From positions 1 to 64,000 of the forward strand of contig JBPRGF010000019.1 in the NCBI GenBank assembly GCA_051418015.1: a stretch of 64,000 bases of DNA, read 5' to 3'. Below the pieces are notes generated by a model, which was not told where the DNA came from, did no database searches, and saw nothing but the letters and a program-made list of their open reading frames with translations. Source of the DNA: Candidatus Nitrospinota bacterium M3_3B_026. Its GTDB lineage: Bacteria > Nitrospinota_A > UBA7883 > JBPRGF01. A program made the translations under genes and the position numbers. Below, piece after piece: positions 10,775-20,045 of this stretch (the stretch's first letter is position 1; each line of letters begins with the position of its first letter).

Positions 10775-10797
10775 GGCGCCTCACGTTTTGAGGCGCC
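10775..10797. promoter_or_regulatory. Perfect inverted repeat GGCGCCTCA-N5-TGAGGCGCC, operator-like, between the WYL gene and the divergent lipoprotein gene
   Basis: 9-bp perfect arms with a 5-bp spacer; TATGAT -10-like hexamer at 10739-10744 on the minus strand. Confidence 0.7.
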
Positions 10798-10878
10798 CCC
10801 GCCTGTATGCTCAAGCCAGGAGCAGCGCGCAGAGGGGCGCTTGTGACAAGTGTGGTGTGTCAGGAAAGGAGAAAGATC

Positions 10879-11388
10879 ATGAAAAAACTCTGGACAATCT
10901 CATCGCTGGCGGTTTTTCTATTCGGAACGCTTGCGGGGGCATGCGCCACCATCGTCGGTGATAAAACACAGTTAGTGCCGATCAACAGCTCACCGGACGG
11001 GGCCGTGGTGAAAATCACGGACGAGAAGGGGATGACCGTTTTCAAGGGATCGACGCCGACTACTGTCACCTTGAACAAAAGCGACGGCTCCTATTTCGGT
11101 GGGAAATCCTACTCGGTGAAAATATCCAAGGATGGATACGAATCGAGAATAATCGGTATCAGCTCTTCCCCGAACGGGTGGTATCTGGCTGGAAACCTTA
11201 TTTTCGGCGGCCTCATCGGCTGGTTCATTATCGACCCCATGAGCGGCGCGATGTACACCCTGGCCCCGGAGCAGGTTTCCACCGAACTCGGCGGCAAGAC
11301 GGCCGAGGCGGGCGACAACTCTATAACCGTGATGTTGCTGGAAGATGTTCCCAACTCTTTAAGAAGCGAAATGAAAAGAATTAACTGA
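10879..11388 (+). CDS. Putative lipoprotein, PEGA-like domain
   Basis: AGGAG RBS; signal peptide ending LAGA-C; INSSPDGAVV..GSTPTTVTL..KISKDGY PEGA-like pattern; hydrophobic GNLIFGGLIGWFIID segment. Confidence 0.8.
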   Translation: MKKLWTISSLAVFLFGTLAGACATIVGDKTQLVPINSSPDGAVVKITDEKGMTVFKGSTPTTVTLNKSDGSYFGGKSYSVKISKDGYESRIIGISSSPNGWYLAGNLIFGGLIGWFIIDPMSGAMYTLAPEQVSTELGGKTAEAGDNSITVMLLEDVPNSLRSEMKRIN

Positions 11389-11404
11389 CGGCCTTCGATC
11401 TTGC

Positions 11405-11432
11405 GCCCGCTCCGCGAGGGGCGGGCGATTTT
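11405..11432 (+). terminator. Intrinsic terminator-like hairpin after the lipoprotein gene
   Basis: CGCCCGCTCC-GCGA-GGGGCGGGCG followed by ATTTT. Confidence 0.6.
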
Positions 11433-11439
11433 CCATTTA

Positions 11440-12476
11440 ATGTCCAGTCCAAGGGGCGCAGTCCATGGTATTCCGACAGCGGCCTTATGATCTCGTGCTC
11501 CTCGAGAAACTCGAGCTCGGCCTGGCGTGTTGTCCGTTTGATGAGCTCTTTTAGCGGCCGGAGCCTGAAAAGGTTCGAGCGGAGCGCCACCGAGCTTGCG
11601 TGGTTGATGGCGTAAGAAGGGGTTTTTTCGCCAGGCCGACGAAGCCCTGCAGAACGCGCACCCCTTCAATGCCTCGCTCGTCGAGCATGGCTTTTGCCCA
11701 CCGTCCGGCCTCGTCCCCGATCCTCGCGGCCCTGGACAGCAGATATTCCGCCCCGCGTTCCACGGCGGATATCTTCGCGTCGGCTATGTGGGCGCGCATG
11801 GTGTTGAACCTGCCCGGCTCCACCCTCCCGTGAACGGCGATCTGCTCGAGCTGATCGTTGAAGATGCGCACAAGACGGCTGTCCCACCTTGTCCACACCT
11901 CACGGCCCAGGTACTCAGGCGGAACCGAGTAATACGCTTTCGCCACCTCCACGTGCGCGTCCCGGCTGACCTTGCGCCTCCCCTCGTGGAAGAAGGGGAA
12001 CGGCTCATCGGGTAAAGGCTGTAACATCGGCCGCTCCGCCTCGAACATCTTGCGAACCTGCTTCTTCATCGTGCCGTGGACTCTGGTGTCGGCGACGTGT
12101 TCTCCCAATCGAGAAGATACCGATTCTGCCCGGCCAGGGATGAGAAGACACGTCCCTTGAGGGCAATGATCTCCGCGAACGGGTCGCACTGGCTCCGGCA
12201 GGGCCTCGAGCCGGGGGGCGCTTTGGCCGGGTTTGAGCTCTCACGCCGTAGCCGGTCGTAGCGGGACACCGTCTCCCGGCGCACACCAAGCTCCCGCTCT
12301 ATCCGGCGATACGACCAGCCCTGATCCAGTAAACCTATGATTGCGTTGACTATAGCCATCCTGAGTCTGTTTGCCATAAGTACCTCCTCGCATGAGAAGG
12401 TGCACGGCAATACGATCCCTCAAAATGGCCGGTTTTGAAGTGCCCCTACCTGGCCGGGTTTAGGCGCCCGCTGACA
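11440..12476 (-). mobile_element. istA: IS21-family remnant: one terminal end plus an internally deleted, frameshifted istA; no istB
   Basis: End TGTCAGCGGGCGCC.. at 12476 with two tandem TGGCCGG repeats; HTH N-terminus MANRLRM..; C-terminal ADTRVHGT, RKVSRDAHVEVAKAYYSVPPEY; DDE core absent; left boundary approximate. Confidence 0.85.
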
Positions 12477-12490
12477 TTATATGTTACCCG

Positions 12491-13009
12491 CTAACCTCGA
12501 CGATTGCCTATCGCCGCAAGCAATCCCTTCAAAAGCGTCAGCGGCTCTGGCGGACAACCAGGGATCTTGACGTCCACCGGGATGACGTTTTCCACCGCTC
12601 CGCAACTTGCGTAGGAGACCCCGAACTCGCCGCCGTCGCAGGCGCAATATCCCGTTGCAATGACGATCTTGGGTGATGGGGTGGCCTGCCATGTCCGGCG
12701 CAACGCCTCCTCCATATGTCGCGATACGGGGCCTGTAACGAGAAGAGCGTCTGCATGGCGAGGGGATGCGACGAAGTGAACGCCGAAACGCTCCAGATCA
12801 TAATACGGATTGTTGAGGGCGTGAATCTCGAGTTCGCATCCGTTGCAGGAGCCCGCATCAACCTGGCGAATGGCGAGGCTTCGTCCCAGTCTCCCTCCGA
12901 TCGTCCGGCGAAGTTCGATTCCGGCGGCTTCCAGTTCGGCGTCGCCCGCCTCCGGCGGTTTTTCGGTTACAAGGCCGGTTTTAATTATCTGCTTTACTAT
13001 TCGTAACAT
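12491..13009 (-). CDS. NuoB/HyfI-like Fe-S small subunit (EhrS)
   Basis: VDAGSCNGCELEI, ASPRHADALLVTGP, GYCACDGG, IPGCPP motifs; true start at ATG 13009. Confidence 0.92.
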   Translation of the reverse strand: MLRIVKQIIKTGLVTEKPPEAGDAELEAAGIELRRTIGGRLGRSLAIRQVDAGSCNGCELEIHALNNPYYDLERFGVHFVASPRHADALLVTGPVSRHMEEALRRTWQATPSPKIVIATGYCACDGGEFGVSYASCGAVENVIPVDVKIPGCPPEPLTLLKGLLAAIGNRRG

Positions 13010-13019
13010 CGCAGCCTTC

Positions 13020-14606
13020 TCACAGGTCATGGCCTGAATATGATCCGTTGACGGATTTGTTGCATACGGGAAAGTCGGGAACGATGTTTCCGTGGATGAG
13101 CCACTCGAGCGCCGGCCAGGTGAACCAGCTCGGATCGCGCGGGAAGAAGCGTTCCACGAGCCCCCCCTCGCCAAACCGCACATATGTGACGATCTCACCA
13201 CGCCAGCCGTCGATGATTCCGAGCCCGGCGGCGCCATTTTGTGGTGGCGTCCATGGGCCAGCTATATCGCCATGAGGTATGTTCGCGATCAAACGGCCCA
13301 TCAGGTCAAGGCTTGCCCGTATCTCCTCCATGCGAATCGTGACCCTGGCGGCGACGTCGCCATCCGTCATCAATGGAACGCGCACATCCATGCCGTCGTA
13401 AGGGGCGTAGGGGCTGTCCTTGCGGACATCGAACCGCTGGCCGCTCGCCTTTCCGACATAACCTGTGCAACCAAGCGCGCGCGCGTCATCCGCATCAAGG
13501 ACTCCGGCGCCTATCAGCCTGTCATCAAGGGATGGGTGGTCCTCTATGATGTCGAACAGCGGCTTGATGGCTCTTGGCAGATCATCGTTGTCCGCAAGCA
13601 AAGTCCGGCAGGCGCCGCCGTCGATATCGCGCGCAACGCCTCCTGGGACTATGGCGTCCATCATGAGCCTGTGGCCGAAAAGCTCTTTGCTGCGCCGCTG
13701 CCATCTCTCGCGGAGCCTTGCGAGGCTCATATGGGCGAATGAGAACGCGACGTCGTTGCAGATCGCGCCGATATCGCCAAGATGGTTTGCGACCCGCTCC
13801 CGCTCAGCCATGAGGGCGCGAAGATAAAGCCCCCGTTTCGGAACGTGAAATCCCGCCGCCCGCTCCATCGCCTGGCATGCCGCCCATGTATGGGCCACGG
13901 TCGAGTCGCCGGAGACCCGGCCTGCGAGCCGCGCAAGGGAATAGGCGTCCCGCCCCACCGCGATCTTCTCGATCCCCTTGTGGACATATCCCAGCCGCTC
14001 CTCGAGTCTTAAAACATCCTCGCCGACCGCATGGAAACGAAAATGGCCCGGCTCGATGATCCCGGCGTGCACCGGTCCCACCGGTATCTCCAATACGCCG
14101 CTTCCTTGTATAGGGACAAAACCATAGTCGGCGTCGGCGTGGGTACGCACAGGAGGCCTCCCCTGCGCCGGGAAATCAGGAAGCAGCGGATGTTCGTTCT
14201 CCGTCCATGCCTGATGGCGAGTCCATCGGCGGTTATCCGGATGATCGTGAAATGAGACGCCGAGCATGTCCCGCATGTGGCGCTCCAGCCTTCCCGCGCC
14301 CGGGAAATATGGCGCATAAGACGACAGGACCGGGTTTTTGAGCGGCGCATTGGTCTCCATCACAAGATAATCGCCCATCAGTTCAAGGCATGCCCTGACG
14401 ACGATCCGACCGGCCATAGGATCGCCCCATATGCCGGCGAAGCGAAAGCCATGCGCCTTCGCAACCCTCCCGGCGGCGCCCCAGTCCTTTGTGGCGACGG
14501 TCATCATGCAGGCAGGAGCGAGGACGCCCGCGTCGTCAGAACCGGCGGCCAGCCCCTCTTCCGCGAGGCGGTCGATGAAGCCTGTCAACCATCCGAATCG
14601 TCTCAC
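13020..14606 (-). CDS. NuoC/D / HyfG-like large subunit lacking NiFe-binding cysteines (EhrL)
   Basis: IPVGPVHAGIIEPGHFRF, LGYVHKG; RVSGDS in place of RxCGxC; C-terminal DFPVCNKS..SYSGHDL in place of DPCxxC; GTG start overlaps the upstream stop. Confidence 0.92.
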   Translation of the reverse strand: MRRFGWLTGFIDRLAEEGLAAGSDDAGVLAPACMMTVATKDWGAAGRVAKAHGFRFAGIWGDPMAGRIVVRACLELMGDYLVMETNAPLKNPVLSSYAPYFPGAGRLERHMRDMLGVSFHDHPDNRRWTRHQAWTENEHPLLPDFPAQGRPPVRTHADADYGFVPIQGSGVLEIPVGPVHAGIIEPGHFRFHAVGEDVLRLEERLGYVHKGIEKIAVGRDAYSLARLAGRVSGDSTVAHTWAACQAMERAAGFHVPKRGLYLRALMAERERVANHLGDIGAICNDVAFSFAHMSLARLRERWQRRSKELFGHRLMMDAIVPGGVARDIDGGACRTLLADNDDLPRAIKPLFDIIEDHPSLDDRLIGAGVLDADDARALGCTGYVGKASGQRFDVRKDSPYAPYDGMDVRVPLMTDGDVAARVTIRMEEIRASLDLMGRLIANIPHGDIAGPWTPPQNGAAGLGIIDGWRGEIVTYVRFGEGGLVERFFPRDPSWFTWPALEWLIHGNIVPDFPVCNKSVNGSYSGHDL

Positions 14607-16075
14607 AGCAGATGACCTCCGGTTATAAGCCATGTGGCCCGGTCAAGCCAGCTTGCCAGAAAGCCGGGGATCGACAGGCCGAGCCAGAGCACAAGCCCAA
14701 GGTGAATCGCCACCGGGATCATGTTGGCCGGAACCGGTTTCTGGCCGTGCGGCGCGGGCCCATAGACCATGGGGTGGAGGTGGCGGAACAATCCCGCGAA
14801 TGCCACCGCAAGCCCCGTGAGCAGGGCAACCGTGAACAAAGGCTGAAGCTGCATGGTGGCGGTGAGGAGCAAAAACTCGCTTGTGAATATGCCGAAGGGG
14901 GGGAATCCCGCGATAGCGACCACCCCGATAACAAGGGGCCAGCCGACCGAAGGCTGGGTTCTTATCAATCCCCTGATGTTGTTGATCGACTGGGTTCCGG
15001 CGATGTGCGCGGCGTGCCCCACGGTGACGAAGATCGCCGACTTGGTCAGCGAATGCACAAGCATGTGCAAAAGAGCGCCGAACGTGGCAAGGGGGCCGCC
15101 GAGCCCGAAGGCGAACGTCATGAGCCCCATGTGCTCGATGGACGAGTAGCTGAACATGCGCTTTATGTCGCGCTGGCGGTGCAGGAAAAGACCCGCCACC
15201 ATGAAAGAGAGCAAACCGAAACCCATGAGCAGGCGTCCTGCAAGTTGCGGCGAGGCGGATGCGGCGAGCGACCCGTCCACGAGCATCTTGAGCCGCACCA
15301 CGGCGTACAGCGCCACGTTGAGCAACAGCCCCGAAAGAACCGCCGACATTGGGGTCGGACCCTCAGAATGGGCGTCCGGCAACCACTGATGCATAGGGAC
15401 GAGCCCCACCTTCGTCCCGTAACCGACGAGAAGGAATACGAACGCAATGCTCATGATCGATGGCTCAAGCTTTGGCGCGGCGGTGTATAGCGCGCTCCAG
15501 GTGAGCCCTTCGGCGGGATCGGCCAGCACGCTCTGAGCCGCGAAATAGGTCAGCACTGTTCCGAACAGCGCCAGCGCGATGCCCACGCCGCAGAGGATAA
15601 AATATTTCCAGGCCGCCTCCACCGCCTCGGGTGTGCGATATAGCGACACCAGCAACACCGTGGCGAGCGTCGCCCCCTCGACAGCGACCCAGAGAACCCC
15701 AAGGTTGTCCGTGGACAGAGCCAGCAGCATAGTGAACATGAACATCTGATACATGGCGTGATACAGGCGCATGCCACGCTCGTTAGTCCTGCCCGTCTGG
15801 CAGACATGGCGCATGTAGGGGCGGGAGAAGATAGACGTCGTCAGCCCGACGAAAGCCGTAAGCGCAAGCAGGTAGACATTGAAGGCGTCCACGCGGAATG
15901 TCATGCCCTCGATTTCGTCCGTGGCAACCACTTCCCGGGCGAGCAAAAGTGACGCCGCGAACGTGGACGCGGACACGATCACGTTTATCCATCCGGCAAG
16001 GACAAGATGGCGCGTTATGGCAAGAACGGCCGCCCCCGCAAGCGGCGTCAATACGGTGAACAGGAGCGATGTCAT
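14603..16075 (-). CDS. hyfF: HyfF-like antiporter-type membrane subunit
   Basis: WVAVEGATL, EAAWKY, GTKVGLVPMHQWLPDAHSEGPTP, AYSS-like FSYSSIEHMG. Confidence 0.9.
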   Translation of the reverse strand: MTSLLFTVLTPLAGAAVLAITRHLVLAGWINVIVSASTFAASLLLAREVVATDEIEGMTFRVDAFNVYLLALTAFVGLTTSIFSRPYMRHVCQTGRTNERGMRLYHAMYQMFMFTMLLALSTDNLGVLWVAVEGATLATVLLVSLYRTPEAVEAAWKYFILCGVGIALALFGTVLTYFAAQSVLADPAEGLTWSALYTAAPKLEPSIMSIAFVFLLVGYGTKVGLVPMHQWLPDAHSEGPTPMSAVLSGLLLNVALYAVVRLKMLVDGSLAASASPQLAGRLLMGFGLLSFMVAGLFLHRQRDIKRMFSYSSIEHMGLMTFAFGLGGPLATFGALLHMLVHSLTKSAIFVTVGHAAHIAGTQSINNIRGLIRTQPSVGWPLVIGVVAIAGFPPFGIFTSEFLLLTATMQLQPLFTVALLTGLAVAFAGLFRHLHPMVYGPAPHGQKPVPANMIPVAIHLGLVLWLGLSIPGFLASWLDRATWLITGGHLL

Positions 16076-16758
16076 TCGACGTCCTCCGCCGTTTCGGTCA
16101 GCCGGTTCAAGCGGTCCACGTCCAGCGAATCGATGCTCTCACGGATGTGGAAGAAGAAAACCCCGAACAGCACCGTTGCCACGAGCACGTCGAAAGCCAC
16201 GCCGAGCTCTATCAGAAGAGGCATGCCTCCTATAGCGGACACAGCGGCGAGAAACAAGCCGTTTTCCATCGACATAAAGCCAAGAACCTGTACCACCGCC
16301 TGTTGCCGGACAACCATCATCAAAAGGCCGATGAGCACCACCGCCAGGCTGACGGCGACGATGTTGCGGGTGAAAATGAGCTTTTCATGCAATATGGGCA
16401 ACGCAAGCCAGTAGCTGAATATCACCAGCGCCACGGCGGCCATGGTGACGAGCGCGGGCCGCCGTAATGGCTCGGCATACCGGTCCAGGTACAGACGGCG
16501 GGACAGACGGTGCAGCATCCATGGTATCAGCAACGCCTTGAGCGCGAACGTCAGCATAGCGGAGAAATACAGATGCCGTAACCCGCTGGAGGCGGCGACC
16601 AGCGTGGTGACCGCGCTCACCAGCGCCCCCTGCCAGGCGAAGGCATGGATGGCCGCGACCAGGCGATCCTGTTCCAGAAGCGCAAACGATGTGAACAACA
16701 CCATCGCCGCCAGGGCCAGCATCAGTTGATCCAGAAGTGGGAGGCTTTCAAAGCTCAC
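16072..16758 (-). CDS. hyfE: HyfE-like membrane subunit
   Basis: Multi-TM; QVLGFMSMENGL, IELGVAFDVL motifs. Confidence 0.88.
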   Translation of the reverse strand: MSFESLPLLDQLMLALAAMVLFTSFALLEQDRLVAAIHAFAWQGALVSAVTTLVAASSGLRHLYFSAMLTFALKALLIPWMLHRLSRRLYLDRYAEPLRRPALVTMAAVALVIFSYWLALPILHEKLIFTRNIVAVSLAVVLIGLLMMVVRQQAVVQVLGFMSMENGLFLAAVSAIGGMPLLIELGVAFDVLVATVLFGVFFFHIRESIDSLDVDRLNRLTETAEDVE

Positions 16759-17720
16759 GCGCCAACTTCCAGAATAACGTAGCTCAAAAGCCCGAGCAAA
16801 GCGAGCAGGAGGGCGAGGTTGAGAAAGGCCGGAGCACGGAACAGGCGCATCTTCGCCAGAGCCGTCTCACATGCGGCCAGCGCCGCGCCGAGCAGCCCCA
16901 GTTTGAGAACGGCCGCCGCAAGGCCGGAGACCAGTTCGCCTGCGCCGCTCCCCTCCGCGATGCCCCACGGAAGAAACACGTTGGCGATCAGCGCTCCGTA
17001 AAGCATAAGCTTCAGTTGCGCCGCCCACTCCATCAGCGCAAGGTGACGGCCGGAATATTCAAGGATCATGGCTTCGTGGATCATTGTAAGCTCAAGATGC
17101 GTCGCGGGGTTGTCCACGGGAATTCGCCCGGTTTCCGCGATGGCCACCAGAATCAGCCCGCTCAGGGCAAACAGAAACGACGGCCGCAGAGCTGTTCCCT
17201 TTACCAGCTGGTATTCGACAACGCTGGCGAGGTTGGTGCTATGAGCCGTCATCGCCAGGGTGAATACGGCCATCAGCATCGCAGGCTCGGCCAGGGCCGA
17301 GACGAGCATCTCGCGGGAGGAGCCCATCCCGCCGAAGGCCGTGCCCACGTCCATCCCTGCGAGGGTCAGGAAAAAGCGCGCCAGAGCAAGAAGGCCAGCC
17401 ATCACGATCACGTCGGCGATTATGGCCGTGGGCAAATCGGTGGAGACAAGCGGAACGGCCGCCGTGGCAAGCCATGTGGCGGCGAAGACCACGTACGGAG
17501 CGGCGCGGAACAGGGGGGAAGCTGTATGCGCTACCAGCGTCTCCTTGACGAACAGCTTGTAAATATCCCTGTAAGGCTGCCACACCGGGGCGCCCATCCG
17601 GTTTTGCAGTCCTGCCTTTGTTTTGCGGACCCATCCCACGAGCAAAGGCGCCAGCGCCGCATACAGCAACACCTGCAAAACAGCCAGTCCCATATCTGAT
17701 AATGTCATGAGATTATCCAT
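16755..17720 (-). CDS. hyfC: HyfC/NuoH-like membrane subunit
   Basis: QNRMGAPVWQPYRD, FGGMGSSRE, AETGRIPVDNPATHLELTMIHEAMILEYSG; exact start uncertain (17708-17720). Confidence 0.9.
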   Translation of the reverse strand: MDNLMTLSDMGLAVLQVLLYAALAPLLVGWVRKTKAGLQNRMGAPVWQPYRDIYKLFVKETLVAHTASPLFRAAPYVVFAATWLATAAVPLVSTDLPTAIIADVIVMAGLLALARFFLTLAGMDVGTAFGGMGSSREMLVSALAEPAMLMAVFTLAMTAHSTNLASVVEYQLVKGTALRPSFLFALSGLILVAIAETGRIPVDNPATHLELTMIHEAMILEYSGRHLALMEWAAQLKLMLYGALIANVFLPWGIAEGSGAGELVSGLAAAVLKLGLLGAALAACETALAKMRLFRAPAFLNLALLLALLGLLSYVILEVGA

Positions 17721-19714
17721 AAGAGCGCCAGCAGAGTAGCCAGCGTCCAGCCAAGATAAACACGGACGTTGCCGGACTGCAGATAAGCGATCCTCCGCGC
17801 CGCCCCTTCCACCGCGCGCGCCACAGGCAGATAGAACATGCCCCAGGCCCTGTCTGAAACATCAAGGCGATGACGCAGCTTCCCGTGATCCTGGCTTTCG
17901 ACGATTTCCTCAATATGAAACAGCAGACCAAAGACCCGCCGAATCGGCTGGGCGAAGGCAGCGGCCGTGTACTGCATGCGTGCTGCAGGCGGCGCGAAAC
18001 CGCAGTCCCAGGCGTCGCGGCGGCGAGTCCAGCGCGCGGACAGGCGGCGCGTCAGCCATACGGTAAAGCCGGCAAGGACGATCAGCATGGCAGCGGTCAG
18101 CGGAGCGCTGTAGCTGGCCACTTCCGGCAACGCCGGCGTGAGCCAAAGCCAGCCGCCGGCCAGCGTCTGGGTCAGGCCGCGCCCCAGCACCTGCTGTGGA
18201 ACAGCATTGATCAGTCCGAGGAACATGGTCGGCAAAACTCCCAGCGCAAGGCAAAGGAAAGCGAGCATCCCCTGACCCACTCTCATGCTGTATGGCACCG
18301 GCCGGGCGCGGCGCACGTGGCGGCTGCGGGCCTGGCCGAGAAAGGCCACGCCGTAAACTTTCACAAAACAAGCCGCCGCCAGGGCGCTGGTGAGCGCCAG
18401 AGTGGCCGCGGAAATGGAAATCAGTGTGCGCAAAACACCGCTGTCCAGTTGCCAGGACTGTAGCGCCGTCTGGAACAGGAGCCATTCGGAGATAAAACCG
18501 TTGAGGGGCGGCAGCGCGGAGATGGAAATGCACCCCACCAGGAAAAAGAACCCCGTCCAGGGCATGCGCCGCAGAAGCCCGCCCATCTGTTCGAGGTCGC
18601 TCTCGTGGGCGCTGTGCAGGATCGCGCCGGCGCCGAAAAACAAAAGCCCCTTGAACATGGCGTGGTTGGCCGAGTGATAAAGGGCGGCGACGAAAGCCAC
18701 CCCCCCGAGAGTGGCGTGGCCCGTGGACAGGAATGTCAATGCGAGGCCCAGACCGATGAAGATGATCCCCAGGTTCTCCACCGAGTGGTACGCCAACAGG
18801 CGCTTGAGGTCGTGCTGCATCAGCGCGTAGAGCACCCCCATCAGGGCGGAGACACTGCCGACGGCGAGCACGGCCACCCCCCACTGCCAGTGGAATTGGC
18901 CGATCAGGTCGAATATGACGCGGATGAAACCGTAGACAGCCACCTTCAGCATCACGCCGGACATGAGCGCCGAGATGTGCGAAGGAGCTACTGGATGAGC
19001 CTCCGGCAACCATACGTGCAGAGGCACAAGCCCCGCCTTCATGCCGAAGCCTATAAAGGCCAGCGCAAATGCGGCGCTTGCCCAGCCAAACGGGAGATCA
19101 GCCCCCCGCATGACGTCAAAAGAGAATCCACCGCCGAAGGAGGCGAGCACACCGAAACCGAGCAGAATGGCGAGCCCTCCTATATGCGCCATCAGCAGGT
19201 AGATGAACGCGGCGCGGCGATTGGCGGCGTTGTCGTGATGGAAAGCCACGAGGAAATAGCTGGACAGAGACATCAGCTCCCAGGAGACCACGAAAAAGAA
19301 GGCGTCATCCGCAAGCGTGACCATGAGCATACCGGCGAGGAAAAGCCCGGTAAAGCCCCCCAGCGCCGGCAGGGAATCCTTTCCACTCTCGAAGCCGCGC
19401 ACGTAGCCTGGGCCGTAAAGACCAACTGCGACGCTTACCGCGCCTATTACACAAAGGAAAAAACCGGAAAGGGCGTCCAGACGGACGCGCCATGGCAACC
19501 ATGGCAACCCAAGGGGCAACTCTGTCGTCCCGACGCTTCCATGCGTCAGCGTCAAAAGTCCGGCGGCTAACGCCGCAAGACCCGCCAGCCCGAAAAGAGG
19601 CATGGCCAGCATGCGCAAAATGGACTTCGACCATGGCGAAAAAAGGGAAACAAACGACGAAGCAAGCGCAAGCACAACGGAAAGACCGGCGGTTTGCAAT
19701 TCGATGGTTGTCAT
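17705..19714 (-). CDS. hyfB: HyfB/NuoL-like antiporter-type membrane subunit
   Basis: WELMSLSS, KAGLVPLHVWLPEAHPVAPSH, KRLLAYHSVENLG, WDCG..MQYT. Confidence 0.92.
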   Translation of the reverse strand: MTTIELQTAGLSVVLALASSFVSLFSPWSKSILRMLAMPLFGLAGLAALAAGLLTLTHGSVGTTELPLGLPWLPWRVRLDALSGFFLCVIGAVSVAVGLYGPGYVRGFESGKDSLPALGGFTGLFLAGMLMVTLADDAFFFVVSWELMSLSSYFLVAFHHDNAANRRAAFIYLLMAHIGGLAILLGFGVLASFGGGFSFDVMRGADLPFGWASAAFALAFIGFGMKAGLVPLHVWLPEAHPVAPSHISALMSGVMLKVAVYGFIRVIFDLIGQFHWQWGVAVLAVGSVSALMGVLYALMQHDLKRLLAYHSVENLGIIFIGLGLALTFLSTGHATLGGVAFVAALYHSANHAMFKGLLFFGAGAILHSAHESDLEQMGGLLRRMPWTGFFFLVGCISISALPPLNGFISEWLLFQTALQSWQLDSGVLRTLISISAATLALTSALAAACFVKVYGVAFLGQARSRHVRRARPVPYSMRVGQGMLAFLCLALGVLPTMFLGLINAVPQQVLGRGLTQTLAGGWLWLTPALPEVASYSAPLTAAMLIVLAGFTVWLTRRLSARWTRRRDAWDCGFAPPAARMQYTAAAFAQPIRRVFGLLFHIEEIVESQDHGKLRHRLDVSDRAWGMFYLPVARAVEGAARRIAYLQSGNVRVYLGWTLATLLALLWIIS

Positions 19715-19980
19715 TGGCCGCTTGCTCCGCTCCCGGGCGTCTTGAGACGAACGCCCCGTCCGGCGGCGCCACTTTGCGCGCCTTCGCCGATCAACTCCAC
19801 ACCGGCCTGCTCGATCGCTTCTATCACTTTGACAAGGGAATCCACATTGCCGCGCACCTGTCCATCGCTACTTTCCATGCGCTGGATCGTAGGCAACGAG
19901 ACGCCTGCGGCATCGGCAAGCTGGCGCTGATCGATGCCAAGAAGCGCCCTTGCGGCGCGCATCTGCTGGGCGGTTATCAT
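19711..19980 (-). CDS. XRE-family HTH regulator, first gene of the hyf-like operon
   Basis: QMRAARALLGIDQRQLADAAGVSLPTIQRME; stop overlaps the hyfB start (ATGA). Confidence 0.9.
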   Translation of the reverse strand: MITAQQMRAARALLGIDQRQLADAAGVSLPTIQRMESSDGQVRGNVDSLVKVIEAIEQAGVELIGEGAQSGAAGRGVRLKTPGSGASGQ

Positions 19981-20029
19981 ATTCTCACAATCGAGATGAA
20001 GTCCTTAAGCCTGAGACCAACATGTTAAT

Positions 20030-20045
20030 ATATGATACATCATAT
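20030..20045. promoter_or_regulatory. Palindrome ATATGAT-AC-ATCATAT upstream of the XRE gene, candidate operator
   Basis: Perfect 7-bp inverted repeat about 50 bp upstream of the XRE start, in AT-rich DNA. Confidence 0.5.

Noticed and set aside
11435..11450. TGTCC at 11441 as the second IS21 end
   Set aside because: It lacks the internal tandem repeats, and no target-site duplication matches the 12477 flank
1425..12476. CRISPR-associated transposon (type I-F3 CAST)
   Set aside because: cas1 and an intact cas2-3 are present, cas8f and cas5f are separate, there is no tnsABC/tniQ, and the nearby transposase is a decayed IS21
13020..14606. Functional [NiFe] hydrogenase-4 / formate hydrogenlyase
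   Set aside because: Both CxxC nickel-binding motifs are missing, and no maturation or fdh genes are adjacent
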